DNA from: an uncultured virus (IMG/VR IMGVR_UViG_3300020421_000008)
Lineage: Duplodnaviria > Heunggongvirae > Uroviricota > Caudoviricetes
Virus record (IMG/VR): IMGVR_UViG_3300020421_000008
DNA: 64,000 nucleotides
Strand: one strand, 5' to 3'
A program made the translations under genes and the position numbers. Below, piece after piece: positions 58,841 through 64,000 of the stretch (its first letter is position 1; each line of letters opens with the position of its first letter). The notes under the pieces were generated by a model. That model did no database searches. It saw only the letters and a list, made by a program, of their open reading frames with translations, and was not told the DNA's origin.

Positions 58841-59191
58841 CGGTGCGGTTGCCCTGCGGTAGGGATACCATAGGGATGCCATTGAGCTAGTTTTGAACTT
58901 AGGAAACTTGGTGGATTAGTCCCGTTAGTGGTTGGCGGGCTGGTGTGAGCTTCGGAATTTATCGGTGTGGGTTCTGAGGCGGGGATGGATTGTCTTTCTA
59001 GACTGGGTAAGTTTTCTACTTAATTTCGCCCAGGGGAGGGCCAAGTTTATTTTTTCGGATTTTGGATTTCACCCGTTCCCGTTTTTCTTCGTGATTTTTA
59101 ACGTAGTTCCACTCTATCACGGGGGTGAGACATTTGCAACCTTTTCGCGGGATTTTCTTGAAACCCTGGATCGGTCTTCCTCGATTTGATC

Positions 59192-59535
59192 AAAAGTTGT
59201 AGTTTTTGAAAGTTTTCAGCTCAGCTGCAGCTGGCCTGTCAAAAACCTTAGGTAACTTTCTACTCTTCGAAGAATCTGAAGAAAGTTGCAGAAAGGTGCA
59301 GTTTTCGAGAGCTTTCCTGGGGGCCGGAGCTCCCGTCTCCTGGTTGGCCCCGTAAAATGGTGAAAAGTTGTGGTTTTTTAAAGTTTTGCGCTGCTATTGC
59401 CGCTGAGGAAGTGGATCAGCATTCTTAGAAAATGCAAAAAACGCCAGCTTTTGCAAACATTTGGGATGGGCCCCGTGCTGAGTGGCCCGCGGCTTCCCGT
59501 AAATGCGGCAAAAATCTGACGTTTTTGAAAGTTTT
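59192..59535. repeat. Dispersed direct repeats AAAAGTTGT(A/G)GTTTTT(G/T)AAAGTTTT in a non-coding region
   Basis: Copies at 59192-59216 and 59363-59387, partial at 59521-59535. Confidence 0.7.
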
Positions 59536-59549
59536 ATCGACTTTTACTT

Positions 59550-59696
59550 TTAGAAGCGGGATCGAAGTAGTTCTCTTTCGAGAGAATCGGTCCACATTCT
59601 ACGTTCGGGGACGTTGATGTCATCGAATTGTCGATTGAATCGACGCTTTCTTGAGTTTTCCCGTTGTTTGTCGATTGCTTTTCGTAAGTTTTTCAT
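59550..59696 (-). CDS. 48-aa basic protein
   Basis: GAGGTG RBS; MKNLRKAIDKQRENSRKRRFNRQFDD...; not in the ORF track. Confidence 0.5.
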   Translation of the reverse strand: MKNLRKAIDKQRENSRKRRFNRQFDDINVPERRMWTDSLERELLRSRF

Positions 59697-59893
59697 TTAG
59701 TTTCACCTCTTCCGTTTAACTCCAGTATCTAATGTATAACATCTAGAGATTCTTGTCTAGTAAATAGCCTGTGTCCTTTGACACGTTTGGTAGTTTTAAC
59801 ATGGCTGAAACATTGTGGCCTGCCGTAGGAACACCATTGAGGTGGAATAGAAGGTTAGGAAGCCCCGATAGAATATAAAGGTAGGTTAGTCCC

Positions 59894-59939
59894 GCTTACA
59901 AACGAGCTGCTTGCAAACGAGCTGTATGCGGGCTACTAT
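59894..59939 (+). promoter_or_regulatory. Promoter TTGCAA-17-TACTAT overlapped by a 15-bp tandem repeat
   Basis: GCTT(A/G)CAAACGAGCT twice at 59894-59923. Confidence 0.6.
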
Positions 59940-59957
59940 ATATAAAGAGGTGTAACA

Positions 59958-60179
59958 ATGAGAGATTCTTTTCACGTTATGAGAACGGGAAGACCGCCTA
60001 AAAAGGCAGACCTTTCTGAGCATAAAATTGGAATGTCGTTTAAGGTTGATCCTAAATTAAAGAATCTTTTACTTGAGATTTCTGAGGGCTACGATATTAC
60101 GATAACCGAACTTCTTTTGACCATGGCCTTAAAAGAGGCAGGGTTGGAAAGTTTGGATGATTTTGGATCAGAAGAATAA
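59958..60179 (+). CDS. Small RHH-like DNA-binding protein with AT-hook-like GRPPK
   Basis: GRPPK; MSFKVDPKLK..L..IS......ITELL. Confidence 0.6.
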   Translation: MRDSFHVMRTGRPPKKADLSEHKIGMSFKVDPKLKNLLLEISEGYDITITELLLTMALKEAGLESLDDFGSEE

Positions 60180-60498
60180 ACTGACAAAGTTGCACATTTC
60201 GGTTCCTTTTTGGTTAAAAGAGCTTTTAGTTGATGCTGCTCAAAAAGAAGAGATGAGTACTTCCCAGTACTGTGCTCACAAGTTAGAGGAGAGCGCTAGG
60301 GACACCATTGGCATCATTAGAAAGCCCCCCGTTGCTTCGATACCTACGGTGAGTGATGTGTTAAGAAGTTATGTCGAAGGGACCAGCAAGCTCATAGGTC
60401 CTTGTGGCGAACCTTTTCCGTGCGACTACGATCCTGATCAAGTTAAAGTACTTGGAGACTACGAGTTTTGTCATGCTTGTGACATCTGTGTTCACTGA
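60157..60498 (+). CDS. RHH-like protein with C-terminal Cys cluster
   Basis: LHISVP..LKE.L..AA.KE.MS.SQY; PCG..C...CHAC. Confidence 0.6.
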   Translation: MILDQKNKLTKLHISVPFWLKELLVDAAQKEEMSTSQYCAHKLEESARDTIGIIRKPPVASIPTVSDVLRSYVEGTSKLIGPCGEPFPCDYDPDQVKVLGDYEFCHACDICVH

Positions 60499-60515
60499 AG
60501 AACCCACACAAGGAT

Positions 60516-60851
60516 CTAACTATTTAACCACTCTTCCATCTCCTCCTCACCCTTCGTGTGAGTAGCGTAGATGTCTAAGAAATATTCTACCTTCTCTGCG
60601 TTGCGGAAGATGAGACTTAGATCGTGGTACTTCTTATTGGTTGGGTTCTGTCCGTTGTGCCATGCAGATAGCGAACACCCTTTGATAGCCTGCTTGCACT
60701 CCTCCATAGAGTAGTGTCGTAATGCAACACCGAGCTTTTTGCGCCGAGCCTCGTCAAAAACTGTAGATGATCTTTTGTTAAAGGTATCTTTCCAGTATTC
60801 AAACAGTTCCTCTAGCGGACTCTCTATATCAAAGAGTGTTTCATTATCCAT
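60516..60851 (-). CDS. Phage replication-initiator C-terminal-like domain protein
   Basis: ELFEYWK....RRKKL..AL..YS.EE...AI....W..G.N.....L.LIFR...VE.F. Confidence 0.55.
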   Translation of the reverse strand: MDNETLFDIESPLEELFEYWKDTFNKRSSTVFDEARRKKLGVALRHYSMEECKQAIKGCSLSAWHNGQNPTNKKYHDLSLIFRNAEKVEYFLDIYATHTKGEEEMEEWLNS

Positions 60852-61048
60852 TAGGCCTCGCTTGTGTGAATTGCATTTACTATCTTTAGATTAACTCGTT
60901 CTAGTTCCGCAGTCAAATGATGCATCTCATCATCATTGTCTAACGCTTGAACCTCCACGATATTCAAAGCAGTATGTATCAGCCTAGCATCTTCCTGTGT
61001 AAGGAATAACTTGACAGTATTATCTACTATGTTGTATTTCATATGCAT
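60851..61048 (-). CDS. Hypothetical protein
   Basis: GGAGGAG RBS; coupled. Confidence 0.6.
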   Translation of the reverse strand: MHMKYNIVDNTVKLFLTQEDARLIHTALNIVEVQALDNDDEMHHLTAELERVNLKIVNAIHTSEA

Positions 61049-61188
61049 TATATCTCCTCCGTTTCGATATCAATAAGGGTACCCAGTGTCATATCTACTG
61101 TGGCTTCCGCCATTTCTGGATCATCTGCTTCAACCCTGAACACTTGTATACCGTGTTCGTGGATAAAACTTACGTTGTATGTTGCCAT
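61048..61188 (-). CDS. 46-aa acidic hypothetical protein
   Basis: TAATG coupling at both ends; MATYNVSFIHEHGIQVFRVEADD... Confidence 0.6.
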   Translation of the reverse strand: MATYNVSFIHEHGIQVFRVEADDPEMAEATVDMTLGTLIDIETEEI

Positions 61189-61394
61189 TATTGTGTCACC
61201 ACCTGATTTATACCGACCTGCTGGCCGTCTTTGTCTAATACCTTGATAGTAGTCTCTTCCCAGAACAAGTCACTGTCAATATCATCTACCATACCTTCGC
61301 CTCTATCCAAAGCTTCTTGTGGGCAAGTGATATCTTCCTCGTCTAGATTGAGCGATACTACTCTTTTAATTTCTATTTCTATTGTGTATTCCAT
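61188..61394 (-). CDS. Hypothetical acidic protein
   Basis: AGGAGG RBS. Confidence 0.65.
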   Translation of the reverse strand: MEYTIEIEIKRVVSLNLDEEDITCPQEALDRGEGMVDDIDSDLFWEETTIKVLDKDGQQVGINQVVTQ

Positions 61395-61511
61395 TTAAAC
61401 CTCCTATGGTTTAGTTAATTTTTTGTTAGTGTAATGATTTGAACGGTTAATGGGTTAGCCATTCAGAGTTAGGGCTGGAGGGTAGTAGAGATACACCTCC
61501 AGCCCTTTTGC

Positions 61512-63146
61512 TTAACTCCTTTGACTTGGTTTAACTACGCCGGATAGTTTTTCTTCCCAGCGTTCCAAGATTCTAGGGCTAGGCTTTTGTCCCCTCTGCA
61601 AGCCTTTGAGATATTCAATGGCTCCTTCAGGTTCATACTCCATGTGTACATTGAACTTCTTTGCGTACAATGCACACTCACGCTCGTCGTAGGAACTTGC
61701 ACCGGAAGGTCGGTAAACCATTCCGTCAGTTATCCATACAACTGGCGCTCCTATAGTTTGGCGTTTGCTAACAGCGTACTCTATCGCTGGCAAGTCGTTT
61801 CCGTTGCCATTGAAGAATCGTGGTAGCGAACCACCAAACACTTTACCTTTGTCAGCGAGGATAAAAGTGTTAAAGTCATCTGTATCCCAGCCACAAGAGT
61901 AAGCGATGACGGTACAACCGGGGGCTGCCATCATCATATCTTTTACCTGATCTTTTGATAAAGACATGGAGCCTGATACGTCAATCAGCACTACGCCTCC
62001 TTGAGCCTTTACCTTCTTATCAAAGATTCGTCTTTCAGGATCAGTCAGCAGTCTTTGTATCCTTCGTGGGTTTCTACCTACGTTTGATGCAACTCGCTTT
62101 TTACCGATTGCTCCTTGTACGTTTAAGGTTAAAGGTAATCCAGTGTCCACTTTGACTGGTATCCAGTTTCCGAGTCCACCTTTGCGAGCAATTCTGCTGT
62201 TTAATGCTTCTTTTGCTCGCTTTTGGATATCTTTCCGATCTATCATTTTAGCATCTTCTGAAAGTTCATCTTTCTTTGTGTCTTTGTCAAGACCTGCTTC
62301 ATGATCTACGGATATTTCTCCATCACCTTCTTGCCCACCGTCGGCTTCCAGTTCCTCTTGTCCTTCATCTGATTCATCTTCTTCGGATTCATCTGACGAG
62401 CTTTGGACTTGTTCTGGCATTTCCATTGGTGGTGCTGGTAAAGATGCAATACCTTCAATGAGCATTGCGAACTCTACCGTGTAAGACATTCCAGATATCC
62501 ATTCAGGGTTTTGATCTGCTGATTCAGTAGAACCATAGATACCGAAAGCAGTTGAGTCGTCCGTTCTCTGAACGCCTGCGTAATGCTTTTTGATTTCCCT
62601 AATCTGGTTTTTCTGGAACTTTACAAACTCTTTAGATATGACTCTTAGTTGATCTGCCCATGCTGGAGCCTCACGCCTCATACCAGTTAGTAGAGGACGA
62701 AGCCCACCAGTGTGAATGGAGGCCGCAACTGCATAGACTGATTCTGCCCATGAGTTGGTGGCTACCAATATTTCACCGTCATGCTTTTCTGATCCTGTAA
62801 TCATATCCTTCATGGGGAACCCTAAAGATTCCGCAATAAAGTTTACTCTTGCTTCTTCTGCTGCTCGGATTGCTCCCTCTGGAGTAACTTCGTTTATGTA
62901 CGGAGTTAAGTCTTGGGGAGAAACCTTCACATGAATTTGCTCATGCCCTCTGATGCTTCTAGCAAGATTAGAGTCATCTAAAGGTACTCGCATGATACGA
63001 CCTGAAACAGTAATAAAGGGTTCTCCTCTAACTGCTCTGGCACGTCCAACGTCCCAGCCACCAGTGTTACGGATATCTCTCCGTGTGAACACCTCTGGCA
63101 TTGGTCGGTTTCTGTTTTCAATTTTTTCAATTATATGGTTTGTCAT
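61512..63146 (-). CDS. vWA (CobT-like) protein with N-terminal HExxH metallopeptidase-like domain
   Basis: GHEQIH...EEARVN; acidic linker; VLIDVSGSM...ITDG. Confidence 0.8.
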   Translation of the reverse strand: MTNHIIEKIENRNRPMPEVFTRRDIRNTGGWDVGRARAVRGEPFITVSGRIMRVPLDDSNLARSIRGHEQIHVKVSPQDLTPYINEVTPEGAIRAAEEARVNFIAESLGFPMKDMITGSEKHDGEILVATNSWAESVYAVAASIHTGGLRPLLTGMRREAPAWADQLRVISKEFVKFQKNQIREIKKHYAGVQRTDDSTAFGIYGSTESADQNPEWISGMSYTVEFAMLIEGIASLPAPPMEMPEQVQSSSDESEEDESDEGQEELEADGGQEGDGEISVDHEAGLDKDTKKDELSEDAKMIDRKDIQKRAKEALNSRIARKGGLGNWIPVKVDTGLPLTLNVQGAIGKKRVASNVGRNPRRIQRLLTDPERRIFDKKVKAQGGVVLIDVSGSMSLSKDQVKDMMMAAPGCTVIAYSCGWDTDDFNTFILADKGKVFGGSLPRFFNGNGNDLPAIEYAVSKRQTIGAPVVWITDGMVYRPSGASSYDERECALYAKKFNVHMEYEPEGAIEYLKGLQRGQKPSPRILERWEEKLSGVVKPSQRS

Positions 63147-63198
63147 TGTAATCCTCTCTACGGATTATTTAGTATCAAGCGACTTGCTTGATATAACA

Positions 63199-63227
63199 AA
63201 TTTAGCAGACTTTGAGCTTTTTGTCAA
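63199..63227 (-). promoter_or_regulatory. SigA-type promoter TTGACA-17-TAAATT for the vWA gene
   Basis: Consensus -35 and TGC-extended -10 on the minus strand; the -35 sits within an AGACTT...AAGTCT inverted repeat. Confidence 0.6.
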
Positions 63228-63355
63228 GTCTTTTATCTAATTTTTTGTGGTTGGTTTTTATAGACTGTGAGGGAGAGGGTAACCAACCAAACCCCTCTCC
63301 CTCTGTGCGATGGCTAGGCGAAAGAAATAAAACCTAACCACTTGGAGGCACGATC

Positions 63356-64000
63356 TTAGCCTTCTACAGATTGAAACTTATCAATGTTGATTGCTTCAAT
63401 AAATGCAGTGGCTCGTTCTCCTAAGATAAGTTTGGCTGCTTTTTCCTCACCCATCTGTTGAGCAAGTTTGCTCATGGATTGGAATAAGCGGAGCGACATA
63501 CGCTCTGCGCCAGCGTCAGCCATACGATCAGCATAGCCTCTCCAGTGCATTGGCAATGTAGCCAGAGCATCTGGGTGAGGGCGATCTATTCGCAAGCGAA
63601 CTGGGAACCTATCTATCAGTGCCTGTGGCAGTTCTTCAATGACTTCAACATTAGTTGTCATCACTACGGTATAACCCGGAGCCGGAGTTGTTTTTTCTCC
63701 AGTTACTGGGTGTTCCCATTCAGACGATCCGTCAGAATCAGTCATGTTTAGGAGCGTAGCGAATACGTCACCACCTGCCTTATCTATTTCGTCTACTACG
63801 AGTCGAGCTCCAGTACGACGAGCCTTGATCGCAACACCTTCAATCCATTGGAAGCCACCATCTGCTGATGGTAGGAACCCTCCAGTGACATCCATGTTCG
63901 TCATGTCGTCAGTACAAGTAAGTCTGTGAGACTCTTGCCCTTCTCTCTTTTGAGTATGAAGTGCGGAGAAGGTCTTACCAGTTCCCGGAGGACCGTACAG
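63356..64000 (-). CDS. MoxR/CobS-like AAA+ ATPase, 5' end outside the window
   Basis: Frame open to the edge: LYGPPGTGKT (Walker A), LVVDEIDKA (Walker B), MTTN, ALIDRF. Confidence 0.9.
   Translation of the reverse strand: MYGPPGTGKTFSALHTQKREGQESHRLTCTDDMTNMDVTGGFLPSADGGFQWIEGVAIKARRTGARLVVDEIDKAGGDVFATLLNMTDSDGSSEWEHPVTGEKTTPAPGYTVVMTTNVEVIEELPQALIDRFPVRLRIDRPHPDALATLPMHWRGYADRMADAGAERMSLRLFQSMSKLAQQMGEEKAAKLILGERATAFIEAINIDKFQSVEG

Noticed and set aside
59192..59535. Possible mini CRISPR array
   Set aside because: Only two full copies, spacers far too long, and no cas genes.
58932..59617. ORF-track entries 58932..59189 and 59432..59617
   Set aside because: No RBS, atypical composition, and they overlap repeat-rich non-coding DNA.
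1..64000. tRNA genes, introns/inteins in nrdJ or the polymerase, alternative genetic code
   Set aside because: No T-arm/cloverleaf seen; both enzymes are uninterrupted and of normal size; all three stop codons terminate conserved genes.

Overview
The window is a 64-kb piece of a large tailed-phage genome; no cellular genes, tRNA, rRNA, CRISPR array or integrase were seen. It has an HK97-fold capsid and a contractile tail (sheath, tube, tape measure, baseplate, several fibres). The host is probably an actinobacterium, inferred from the WhiB gene, a sigma factor ending in the SigA-type LRHPS motif and many leaderless genes. On the + strand, in order: head-associated genes including a 2434-aa multidomain protein (GNAT-like plus HipA/PI3K-like kinase domains), major capsid, class II ribonucleotide reductase, neck/tail/baseplate/fibre genes with interspersed lysis and redox genes, nuclease, exonuclease, family A DNA polymerase, sigma factor, Hsp20, IscA-like protein, WhiB and a possible small terminase. 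A largely non-coding repeat region follows, then a - strand block ending in a vWA/MoxR-AAA pair cut by the window edge. Main hypothesis: a 40-aa peptide missing from the ORF track, translationally coupled to the sigma gene, carries the sigma region-4 KLRHPS motif used by WhiB-like proteins for docking, suggesting a Wbl decoy in a sigma/WhiB/Fe-S module. Other highlights: recurring candidate prohead-protease sites before domains of head proteins, a 24-aa metallothionein-like peptide, a -1 frameshift in the tail chaperone, a spike/tail-collar fusion and two candidate small RNAs. All calls come from reading motifs by eye; no searches were run.
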